DNA of 64,000 nucleotides from an uncultured Gammaproteobacteria bacterium (GTDB lineage: Bacteria; Patescibacteriota; Patescibacteriia; UBA9934). The stretch is taken from NCBI GenBank assembly GCA_964355955.1, contig CAYHFQ010000004.1, forward strand, positions 1,162 through 65,161. Direction: 5' to 3'. Positions 53,345 through 61,698 of the stretch are shown one piece after another (the first letter of the stretch is position 1; each line of letters begins with the position of its first letter). Position numbers and translations under genes: made by a program. A model generated the notes under the pieces. That model was not told where the DNA came from and did no database searches. It saw nothing but the letters and a program-made list of their open reading frames with translations.

Positions 53345-53600
53345 CGTCTTTGCGAGCGTCAGCGAAGCAATCTTGGTGAGCTCTCCATTCCAGCCAACGC
53401 GAGACTCGGGGAGTCCCTTTCTTTCTCTCTCGGGCATTTTGACGATCGATATTTACTACTTGAGTGAAATATCGCCACCAAAATGCGCGTCCCTCGGTCG
53501 ACGAAAGGGACATCCCACTCGTCTTCGTTGACTTCGGGCTCGTACCGTTGACATCCGAGGAAGACGGGGTCTACCTCGGATGTCGGCTCGTTAAGACGCG
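53345..53600. repeat. Composite palindromic intergenic element
   Basis: TTGCGAGCGTCAGCGAAGCAATC; long hairpin GTCCCTTT/AAAGGGAC, CATTTTG/CAAAATG, GATATTT/AAATATC; GACATCCGAGG/CCTCGGATGTC. Confidence 0.7.
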
Positions 53601-53615
53601 GTGGCTGCGAGTGCG

Positions 53616-54509
53616 TTACTTAATCATCTCATTCAACCGGGCGATGCGGTCAGCGACGGGTGGGTGAGTACTGAAAAGATTGGCGAACCAGCCGCGGGTA
53701 GTGTGACTGCCGAAGGGGTTAGCAATGAAGAGGTGGGCGGTAGCGCGGTTGGCGGTGCGGAGAGGTTGGGGGACGCCGGCGATTTTTTGGAGAGCAGCGG
53801 CGAGACCGGCGGGATAGCGGGTGAGGAGGGCGCTTGAAGAGTCGGCGAGATATTCACGGCGCCTGCTAATGGCGAATTTGATGAGTTGGGCGAAGAGCGG
53901 GGAGAGAATGGCGAGTACGAGGCCGATGATGAGCAGGGCGTTGCCACCTGAGTTTTCACTATTGCCTCGTCGACGGAAGAAGGTGGAGCGAAGCATGACG
54001 TCGGCCACTAACATGATGGCACCAATGAGAACGACGACGATGGTCATGACGCGAATGTCGTAATTTTTGATATGGGAGAGTTCATGAGCGGCCACGCCTT
54101 CGAGTTCGTTCTTGGCGAGTAAGGCGAGGATACCGGTGGTGAAAGTGATGGCAGCGTGTTCGGGGTCGCGACCAGTAGCGAAAGCGTTGGGGCTCACGTC
54201 GTCAATAACGTAGATGCGCGGCATGGGCAGGCCGCTCGCAATGGTGAGGTTCTCGACCAAGTTGTAGAGATCAGGCGCTTGGGCTTTGCTGATTTCTTTG
54301 GCGCCAGAAACGCTGAGGGCGATGTTGCTACTAAAGAAATAACTGAAGAGCGAGAAGCTGGTGGCTAGGATGATGCCGATAACGAGACTGTCTGTGGTCG
54401 CCAGGCCGTACATTCGACCTAGCAACCAAATAAGACCAACCAAAATGGCTGAGGCGCTAATGATGAGGAGCCAGGTTTGGCGCTTGTTGGCCGCAATCGC
54501 CGAGTACAT
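53616..54509 (-). CDS. htpX: Zinc metalloprotease HtpX (M48)
   Basis: PNAFATGRDP, HELSH, SRRREYLAD, FSTHPP. Confidence 0.93.
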   Translation of the reverse strand: MYSAIAANKRQTWLLIISASAILVGLIWLLGRMYGLATTDSLVIGIILATSFSLFSYFFSSNIALSVSGAKEISKAQAPDLYNLVENLTIASGLPMPRIYVIDDVSPNAFATGRDPEHAAITFTTGILALLAKNELEGVAAHELSHIKNYDIRVMTIVVVLIGAIMLVADVMLRSTFFRRRGNSENSGGNALLIIGLVLAILSPLFAQLIKFAISRRREYLADSSSALLTRYPAGLAAALQKIAGVPQPLRTANRATAHLFIANPFGSHTTRGWFANLFSTHPPVADRIARLNEMIK

Positions 54510-54524
54510 AAGGCGAGAGCTGGG

Positions 54525-55076
54525 TTAGAACTTTACTTCGACTGGTTCGTTCACAGCGTCAGGAGCGTCAAAGAAAGGGAACTTGTTGAAACCGAGTGCG
54601 CCACCGACCAAGTTGGTTGGAAAGACCTGTAGCTTGATGTTGAAGTCGCGAGCTTGGCCGTTGAAGAAACGACGTGAGGCAGAAATTTTGTCTTCGGCGT
54701 CGACCAATTCTTTTTGTAGATGCAAGAAATTGTCGGCGGCTTTGAGGGCTGGATAGTTCTCGGCGACAGCGAAGAGGGACTTGAGAGACTGGGAGAGCAT
54801 GTTTTCCGCGGCTGAATGTTCAGCCATGGTACCGGCGTTCATGGCGGCGGTGCGAGCTTCGGTTACTTTAACGAAGACGCCTTCTTCGTGAGCAGCGTAA
54901 CCTTTAACGGTGTTGACCAAGTTTGGAATGAGGTCATAACGACGCTTGAGCTGGACCTCGATGTCGCTCCAGGCTTCTTCGGTGCGGTTTTTGCCGCGGA
55001 TTAGGCCGTTAAAAGCGGTGATGAGCCAGAGTCCGAGAACTGCTACTACGATTAGGATGATTCCGATAATGGACAT
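54525..55076 (-). CDS. lemA: LemA family protein
   Basis: AWSDIEVQLKRRYDLIPNLV, AVAENYPALKA, FPTNL. Confidence 0.95.
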   Translation of the reverse strand: MSIIGIILIVVAVLGLWLITAFNGLIRGKNRTEEAWSDIEVQLKRRYDLIPNLVNTVKGYAAHEEGVFVKVTEARTAAMNAGTMAEHSAAENMLSQSLKSLFAVAENYPALKAADNFLHLQKELVDAEDKISASRRFFNGQARDFNIKLQVFPTNLVGGALGFNKFPFFDAPDAVNEPVEVKF

Positions 55077-55147
55077 AGTAATTTGGGCAAAAGATGAATT
55101 ACTGTTAGAATGAGAGTACGTTTTTTGAAGCTTAATGTCAAAGAAGT

Positions 55148-56482
55148 ATGCTAGTTCCAGCTCATATTTTTAAGAAAAATGACATTCGTGGATTATTGGC
55201 TGAGGTTACGGTAGAAATCGCTAGGCAAACGGGCATGGCGTTGGTGGATATTACTAATGCTAAGAAAATTGTGGTTGGCCGGGATATGCGCAGCACCAGC
55301 CCAGCATTGGCTAAGGCGGCGATTGAGGGGATAACGGCGATGGGAGTAGATGTACTAGATATTGGCCAATGTACTACGAGTTTGTTCAATTTTGCGGTGT
55401 CTTCGCAGGCCGACGTCGACGCTGGCCTGATGGTGACGGCTTCGCATAATCCGGCTGAGTATAACGGAATTAAGTGTGCATGGGCGAATGGTTTGCCTAT
55501 TTCGGGGACAGATTTTTTGCCGTTGATGACGCAAGAATACGGGTTGGCGAAAGTGATGGGTCAAGTAGAAGATGGCGGCTTGCTCGACGAATATATTGAT
55601 TTTTGTTTGGCTGGCGTGGACGTACGGGATTTTGCGGGGACTAAGGTGGTGATTGATTATGGGAATGGCATGGGCGCATTAACGGTGCGAAAATTAGCCA
55701 AGAAGCTCGGCCTAGAAGCGGTTGAGTTGTATGCTGAGCCGGATGCACGTTTCCCTAATCATGAGGCTAATCCAGCGAAGGAGGAAACATTAACAGATAT
55801 CAAGGCGGCGGTATTGAGAGAGGGAGCTGACTTTGGTATTGCGCTTGACGGTGATGCTGACCGAGTAGCGTTTATTGATAACGAGGGTGTGAGTTTGCGG
55901 GGGGATCAGACGTTAGCGTTGTTGGCGTCTGTGGTGTTGGCTAGCCACCCAGAGGCAAAGGTGATTGTGGCACCAAACCAGTCATGGGCAACACGCGAGG
56001 CGATTACTGGAGCCGGTGGTGAATGCGTTGAGGTGGCAGTTGGTAGGACGACGGTAATTAGAGCAATGCATGATACTGGCGCGTTGCTTGGCGGCGAGTT
56101 GTCGAGCCATTTTATGTTTGCTGAGTCGCATAATTTAGAAGCGGTGGATTTGGCGATTGTGAAAATTTTAGCTTTGTGGAAAGAATCTGGGATGGCGTTT
56201 GCTGACTTAGTGCGACCACTCCGGGCGATGAGTAATAGTGGTGAAGTAAATATTGAGGTGCATGATAAAGAGTCGGCGCTTGGCAGACTTGAATCGATGT
56301 TTGTGGCGGATGCGACATTTGTTAATAGATTAGATGGAATCCGCTGCGAATACGGCCGCGACTGGTGGTTTTTGGTGCGAGCTAGTAATACGGAACCAAT
56401 CCTGCGCTTGATCGTGGAAGCGAAGTCGGAAGAACTGATGAAAGAGAAACGAGATGAACTGGCGGCGATTATTAAAGCTTAA
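55148..56482 (+). CDS. Phosphomannomutase/phosphoglucomutase
   Basis: IFK.NDIRG, TASHNP, DGDADR, GELSSHF, RASNTEP. Confidence 0.9.
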   Translation: MLVPAHIFKKNDIRGLLAEVTVEIARQTGMALVDITNAKKIVVGRDMRSTSPALAKAAIEGITAMGVDVLDIGQCTTSLFNFAVSSQADVDAGLMVTASHNPAEYNGIKCAWANGLPISGTDFLPLMTQEYGLAKVMGQVEDGGLLDEYIDFCLAGVDVRDFAGTKVVIDYGNGMGALTVRKLAKKLGLEAVELYAEPDARFPNHEANPAKEETLTDIKAAVLREGADFGIALDGDADRVAFIDNEGVSLRGDQTLALLASVVLASHPEAKVIVAPNQSWATREAITGAGGECVEVAVGRTTVIRAMHDTGALLGGELSSHFMFAESHNLEAVDLAIVKILALWKESGMAFADLVRPLRAMSNSGEVNIEVHDKESALGRLESMFVADATFVNRLDGIRCEYGRDWWFLVRASNTEPILRLIVEAKSEELMKEKRDELAAIIKA

Positions 56483-56484
56483 GT

Positions 56485-57882
56485 ATGCAGAAGATTGTCT
56501 CGTCGTATAAAACTTTCCGTTTTGTAAGTTATGACTTTGACGCAGACAGCGGCGAGGCGAGTTTTGTGTATGGGTTGGATGATAAGATGACGTTTACGGA
56601 GAAAGTAAAATTTCGAATTCCAGACCCGGCCCCAGCCCGCTCAATTGCCGAAATTGTAATAGGCGGGGTTACCATGCCTCGCCAGAATTTCGACGAGCTG
56701 CACAAGGCGTTATTTGCGCTGCATTTGATGGCTGGTATTAGTTATTATAAAACGTACTGTCCGGCCGAGATTGTCATCGAATCTGGGGAGTTGAGCGCCG
56801 ACGAGGCCGCCTTTTGGAATAAGTTGTATACGCATGGCTTGGGTGAGTTTTTTTACAAAAATGATTTGGATTTTAGGGGGTATATTAAGTTTCCGGTAAA
56901 TAGCGAAGGGGTCAGGTCTAGAATCGAGCATTTTGAGGATTTGTTGGCAAATGATGGGGCAATTGTACCGATAGGCGGAGGGAAAGACTCGCTAGTGGCG
57001 ATTGAGATGTTGCAGAAAGCGGGGATTGATTTCGACTTGGTGGCGTTGGGCAGACATGAACGAATTCAAGAAGTTGCCGAAGCGATTGATCAGCCGCTGC
57101 ATATTATTGAACGTCAACTAGATCCGCAGTTGTTTGAGTTGAACAAGCAGGGGGCGTTAAATGGTCATGTACCGATTAGTGCGTATATTGCTTTTACGAT
57201 GGTGGTGCATGCGTTACTAAATAATAAACGTGACATTGTGCTCAGTAATGAACGCAGCGCAAATGCTGGCAACGTGATGATGGGTGATATCGAGATTAAC
57301 CATCAGTACAGCAAGAGTTTGGAATGCGAACGTGATATTCAGGAGTACATTAAAAATTCGATTACGCCGAATGTGCGTTACTTTAGTTTGCTCAGGCCGT
57401 TGTCGGAGTTGGCGATTGTGAAGAAGTTTGTCGAGGAGGGGAAGTATTTTGAGGTGTTCTCGAGCTGTAATAGGAATTATGCGATTAATAAGAAGGCGAC
57501 GCAGCGCTGGTGCGGTGAGTGTCCGAAGTGTGCTTTCGTCTTTACGTTGCTAGCCGCGTTTATGCCGAAGGAAGGGATAGTCGAAGTCTTCGGTAAGAAT
57601 TTATATGCGGATGAGAGTTTGTTGTCGACGTATAAAGAATTATTAGCGATTGAAGGAATTAAGCCGTTTGAATGTGTGGGTGAGCCGGATGAAGTGTTAG
57701 CGGCGTTTGTGTTGGCGCAACGTAAAGGAGAGTTTGCTGAGGATGTGATTATGAAGTGGTTTGAGTCGGAAATTTTACCAACGAAGAAGAATGTTGAGGA
57801 GATTATCAATGAGGTGATGAAGCTGAGTAGTGAACATGCGATGCCAGAAGAATATGCTAAAATGATGATTGACGAAAAATAA
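56485..57882 (+). CDS. murL: UDP-MurNAc-L-Ala-L-Glu epimerase MurL
   Basis: GISYYK, GLGEFFY, GGGKDS, NGHVP, SNE, NHQYSKS, FSSCN, WCGECPKC, KPFECVG; directly upstream of murD. Confidence 0.85.
   Translation: MQKIVSSYKTFRFVSYDFDADSGEASFVYGLDDKMTFTEKVKFRIPDPAPARSIAEIVIGGVTMPRQNFDELHKALFALHLMAGISYYKTYCPAEIVIESGELSADEAAFWNKLYTHGLGEFFYKNDLDFRGYIKFPVNSEGVRSRIEHFEDLLANDGAIVPIGGGKDSLVAIEMLQKAGIDFDLVALGRHERIQEVAEAIDQPLHIIERQLDPQLFELNKQGALNGHVPISAYIAFTMVVHALLNNKRDIVLSNERSANAGNVMMGDIEINHQYSKSLECERDIQEYIKNSITPNVRYFSLLRPLSELAIVKKFVEEGKYFEVFSSCNRNYAINKKATQRWCGECPKCAFVFTLLAAFMPKEGIVEVFGKNLYADESLLSTYKELLAIEGIKPFECVGEPDEVLAAFVLAQRKGEFAEDVIMKWFESEILPTKKNVEEIINEVMKLSSEHAMPEEYAKMMIDEK
56658..56683. repeat. REP-like palindrome family X inside murL
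   Basis: AATAGGCGGGGTTACCATGCCTCGCC, read as IGGVTMPRQ. Confidence 0.78.
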
Positions 57883-57885
57883 CTT

Positions 57886-58020
57886 CACTCTCAACCGTCA
57901 TGTTTCCTATTCCTAGCTGCACCTCGTCAACCGCACCACCCGTCTCACCTCGTCTGACTCGGGCGGTGGCGCAGGGCCGAGGTTGGCGTCGTCATAGGAG
58001 ACAATGACAGTTGTTCGTTT
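57886..58020. repeat. Structured intergenic repeat family A, copy 3 (divergent)
   Basis: Conserved TCCTAGCTGCACCTCGTCAACCG, CTCACCTCGTCTGACTCGG and CAGGGCCGAGG; stems changed compensatorily. Confidence 0.9.
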
Positions 58021-58048
58021 AGATCGGTAAAGAAGTAAAATTGTTTGT

Positions 58049-59305
58049 ATGAAAATTAACGATTTAAAAAATAAAAAAGTAGTCATTTTTGGCTACGGTC
58101 GCGAAGGACAGGCGACGCTGGTTGCACTGCGAAATCGAGGGATTGGTCAGATTGTGGTGACGGATGAGAAGACACTTGATGTGCCAGAGTTTGTAGCTGT
58201 TGATGAGGTGACGGTTGATGCGGAGACAGTGGTGATTAAGGCGCCGGGGATTCCGCTGACGAATTCGATGATTGTGAAATGGCGAGAGGCAGGTGCGGTG
58301 ATTACGTCGTCGACCAATATTTTTATAGCGGAGCGAAAGGGGAGAGGGAAGTTGATTGGCGTGACGGGCACGAAGGGTAAGAGTACAACGTCGGCTTTGT
58401 TGGCTCATGTTTTGGTGACGGCTGGGTTGCCGGTTAGACTCGTCGGTAATATTGGTGTGCCGTCGATTAGTGAAGTAGAGGCGACTGATGACACAATTTT
58501 CGTGCTTGAGATGTCGAGCTATCAGCTGGCAGATTTAGAGGTCGCGCCTAATATTGGCATTATTTTGAACTTGTACGAGGAGCATATGGATTGGCACGGA
58601 AGTGTCGACGAATATCAAAAGGCGAAGTTACGTTTGGGGGAGGTGATGACCATGAATGATACGTTGGTTTATAACGCGAAGTTTCCGCGCTTGGCGGAGC
58701 TCGGCGATAAGACGGAGGCTTGGCCGTGTCCGATTGATTTTATTGAAAGGGAAGTTTTACATTCGTTGAAACTGTTGGGGGAGCATAACCGGGAGAATGC
58801 CTGTGCAGTGCTTGAAGTGGCGAAGATTTTGCGAATCGACGAGAATGTGGTGAAAGAAGCGTTCGCTAGTTTTGAGCCGTTGCCGCACAGACTACAAGAA
58901 GTCGGCAAGATTGGTGAGGTGCTATTTGTGAATGACTCGATTTCAACGACGCCTGAGAGTGCTATGGCAGCTATTGAGGTTTACGCGGATAATCCATTGA
59001 CGATAATTCTTGGGGGGCAAGACAGAGGTTATAATTTTACGGAGTTGGCGAAGCGATTAAGTAAAGTCGATAACGTGTTGGCGCTCGTGATGCCGGGAGG
59101 TGAACGAGTGTTTACGGCACTCGAGGAGGCTGGGGTCGCGGCCGAGAGAGTGGCGACGCTTGATGAAGCGGTAGCTAAGTCGTTGGCGCATTTGTCTAAT
59201 GGTGGAGTTTGCTTGTTGTCCCCTGCGTCGCCGAGTTATGGGCAGTTTAAGAATTTTGAGGAGCGGGGGAGGATGTTTGCGGAGGTGGTTAAGAAGATTG
59301 CCTAA
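58049..59305 (+). CDS. murD: UDP-MurNAc-L-Ala--glutamate ligase (MurD, likely MurD2 type)
   Basis: GYGREG, GVTGTKGKSTT, GNIG, EMSSYQL, LPHRL, NDSIST, LLSPASPSYGQF. Confidence 0.9.
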   Translation: MKINDLKNKKVVIFGYGREGQATLVALRNRGIGQIVVTDEKTLDVPEFVAVDEVTVDAETVVIKAPGIPLTNSMIVKWREAGAVITSSTNIFIAERKGRGKLIGVTGTKGKSTTSALLAHVLVTAGLPVRLVGNIGVPSISEVEATDDTIFVLEMSSYQLADLEVAPNIGIILNLYEEHMDWHGSVDEYQKAKLRLGEVMTMNDTLVYNAKFPRLAELGDKTEAWPCPIDFIEREVLHSLKLLGEHNRENACAVLEVAKILRIDENVVKEAFASFEPLPHRLQEVGKIGEVLFVNDSISTTPESAMAAIEVYADNPLTIILGGQDRGYNFTELAKRLSKVDNVLALVMPGGERVFTALEEAGVAAERVATLDEAVAKSLAHLSNGGVCLLSPASPSYGQFKNFEERGRMFAEVVKKIA

Positions 59306-59329
59306 GTTGAGCTTTTATCGTAGAATTGA

Positions 59330-60436
59330 ATGACTATGATTTGGACTATTTTGTTGTTTTTACTCATTTTGAGCGTGCTGGTGCTGGGCCATGAGTGGGG
59401 TCATTACTTTGCCGCCAAGAGAATGGGCATGAAGGTGGATGAGTTTGGTTTGGGTTTTCCGCCACGGTTGTGGGCTTGGAAGCGCAAAGATGGCATGGAA
59501 GTTTCGCTGAATATGATTCCGCTTGGCGGATTCGTGAAGATTAAGGGGGAGACCCCAGCAGTAGACGACGGGGTCGTCACTGCGGGGTCCGTTGAAGCAG
59601 ATGACAGCTTTGCGAGTAAGAGTATTCCCCGGAGGTTTGTGGTGTTGGTGGCTGGTGTCGCTATGAACTTGGTGATGGCCTGGGTGATTTTTACGGTTGG
59701 TTTTTGGGTAGGTATTCCAGCGATCACGGACGGTGGCGTGACTGGTGGCACAGTGACGAATGAAGGCGTGACGATTTTTGACGTGATGAAGGACTCGCCA
59801 GGTGCGCAGGCTGGTATGGAAATTGGCGACATGGTGAAGAGTATTGATAATGTGGTTTATACGGAGAGTGACGCGGCAAGATTGGCTTTAGCGCCAGGCA
59901 TGACGCACCAGGTGGTACTTGATCGTAGCGGCAAAGAAGTAAGTGTCGACGTGACCGCGAGTTTGATTGAGAGTTTGGGGCATGAGGCGATTGGGATTGA
60001 ATTGCTGAAGACCGGGACGGTGCGCTTCCCGTGGTACCAGGCACCATGGCGGGGCATGAAGCAGGCGGTGGAAGGTACTGTGGCGATTTTTGCAGCCTTG
60101 GGTGGGTTAATAGCTGGTATTTTTAGCCATAACGGCGTTGGGGCGGCAGTGTCAGGGCCGGTCGGGATTGCGGTGGTAACAGGCCAAGTGGCCAAGATGG
60201 GCTTTGCTCATATTCTACAATTTGCCGCTATGCTTAGCTTAAACTTGGCGGTGCTGAACGTGTTGCCAATTCCGGCACTCGACGGCGGCCGGGTAGGGTT
60301 CTTGTTTATTGAGGCGATTCGACGTAAAAAGGCTAGCGTGCAGTTCGAGAGCACCGTGCATGCCATTGGGTTTGCACTGTTGATGTTGCTGGTTGTTTTT
60401 GTGACGTTTAAGGATATACTGGGACTGGTTCGTTAG
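59330..60436 (+). CDS. rseP: RIP metalloprotease RseP (M50 + PDZ)
   Basis: HEWGH, FGLGFPP, PLGGFV, AGVAMN, GPVGI, NVLPIPALDGG. Confidence 0.92.
   Translation: MTMIWTILLFLLILSVLVLGHEWGHYFAAKRMGMKVDEFGLGFPPRLWAWKRKDGMEVSLNMIPLGGFVKIKGETPAVDDGVVTAGSVEADDSFASKSIPRRFVVLVAGVAMNLVMAWVIFTVGFWVGIPAITDGGVTGGTVTNEGVTIFDVMKDSPGAQAGMEIGDMVKSIDNVVYTESDAARLALAPGMTHQVVLDRSGKEVSVDVTASLIESLGHEAIGIELLKTGTVRFPWYQAPWRGMKQAVEGTVAIFAALGGLIAGIFSHNGVGAAVSGPVGIAVVTGQVAKMGFAHILQFAAMLSLNLAVLNVLPIPALDGGRVGFLFIEAIRRKKASVQFESTVHAIGFALLMLLVVFVTFKDILGLVR
59551..59589. repeat. Palindrome inside rseP
   Basis: GACCCC-A-GCAGT-A-GACGAC-GGG-GTCGTC-ACTGC-GGGGTC (39 bp, in frame). Confidence 0.6.
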
Positions 60437-60448
60437 CTTAAAATTCAT

Positions 60449-60598
60449 CGCTCGCAACCGGCAGGGTAGTCCTTTTCCTAGCTGCGCCTCGTCAACCGTA
60501 ACGGCCGTCTCACCTCGTCTGACTCGGGCGCCGTTACAGGGCCGAGGCTAGCGTCGTCAGAGGGCCACCCCGCCAGTCGCTCGCTCCTACAAGACTCA
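60449..60598. repeat. Structured intergenic repeat family A, copy 4
   Basis: Core nearly identical to copy 2; outer stem rewritten as GGCAGGGTAGTCCTTT/AGAGGGCCACCCCGCC. Confidence 0.92.
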
Positions 60599-60624
60599 GG
60601 CTCTTAAAAGTTTTATCGTGATTT

Positions 60625-61695
60625 ATGGAAAATGAATTAAGACAATTATTAGCGGAGGCGCAAGTGAAGTTAGTGGTGGTGAGTACGCTCGCCGATCTCG
60701 AAGTGGAAAGAATCGAGGTACTGGGCCGGAAGGGCAAGCTTGCCGAATTGTTGAAGGGATTGGCGGCGTTGTCGATTGAAGAGAAGAAAACGGTCGGTAT
60801 GGCTGCGAATGAGGTCAAGATGGGGATTGAAAAAGCGTTTGCGGAGGCAGAGAGTAGGTTGAGCGTGGCAGCGGCTTTGGCAAAGAACGAGAGTGAATGG
60901 CTCGATGTGACGTTGCCGGGGATTGCGCCGGAGGTTGGTCATGCTCATTTGACCACACAGGCGATTGAGGATATTACAAATATTTTTGCGCACTTGGGTT
61001 TTGTGCGGTCGCGGCACCCAGAAGTGGATTGGGATTATTATGCTTTTGAGGCCATGAACATGCCGAGTGACCACCCGGCACGCGATGATTGGGAAACATT
61101 TTTTGTACGAGGACAAAATGGTGAGGTGATGACGGGTGAGAAGGGTAAGGTTTTATTGACGCCGCATACCAGTAACGGTCAGGTACGGGAAATGGAAAAG
61201 GGCGTGTTTCCGATTCGCATGATTAGTATTGGTAAGTGTTTTAGACGCCAGGCTGATGTGCGTCACTTGCCGATGTTCTACCAGTTTGAAGGTTTGGTGA
61301 TTGATAAGAAAGCGAGTGTGACGGAATTGAAAGGCGTGTGTGATTATTTCGCTAAGCATTATTTTGGACCAGATAGGGTAACGCGTTTGCGACCATATCA
61401 TTTTAGGTTTACGGAACCGAGTTTTGAGCTCGACGTTTCCTGCAGTATGTGTGGTGGGAGTGGTTTGGTGGACGGCGTGAAATGTAAGTTGTGTAAGGAA
61501 GGTTGGTTGGAGTTGGGTGGCGCTGGCATGGTGCACCCGAATGTGATTAAAGCAGGGGGCTTGGATCCAGATGAGTACTCGGGATTCGCCTTTGGTTGGG
61601 GCGTTGAACGAACGATGATGATGCGGGCTGGTTTGAATATCGATGACATCCGAATACTCTACAAAAATGATTTACGTTTCATTCGCCAATTCTAG
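60625..61695 (+). CDS. pheS: Phenylalanine--tRNA ligase alpha subunit
   Basis: LGRKG, HPARD..ETF, HTS, FYQFEG, FRFTEPS, CxxC...CxxC insert, GAGMVHP, GFAFGWGVER. Confidence 0.96.
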   Translation: MENELRQLLAEAQVKLVVVSTLADLEVERIEVLGRKGKLAELLKGLAALSIEEKKTVGMAANEVKMGIEKAFAEAESRLSVAAALAKNESEWLDVTLPGIAPEVGHAHLTTQAIEDITNIFAHLGFVRSRHPEVDWDYYAFEAMNMPSDHPARDDWETFFVRGQNGEVMTGEKGKVLLTPHTSNGQVREMEKGVFPIRMISIGKCFRRQADVRHLPMFYQFEGLVIDKKASVTELKGVCDYFAKHYFGPDRVTRLRPYHFRFTEPSFELDVSCSMCGGSGLVDGVKCKLCKEGWLELGGAGMVHPNVIKAGGLDPDEYSGFAFGWGVERTMMMRAGLNIDDIRILYKNDLRFIRQF

Positions 61696-61698
61696 TTT

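Noticed and set aside
53331-53513. 61-aa N-terminal extension of ClpC
   Set aside because: It derives from palindromic spacer DNA; the Clp-N domain starts at MVEVTDKFT (53330).
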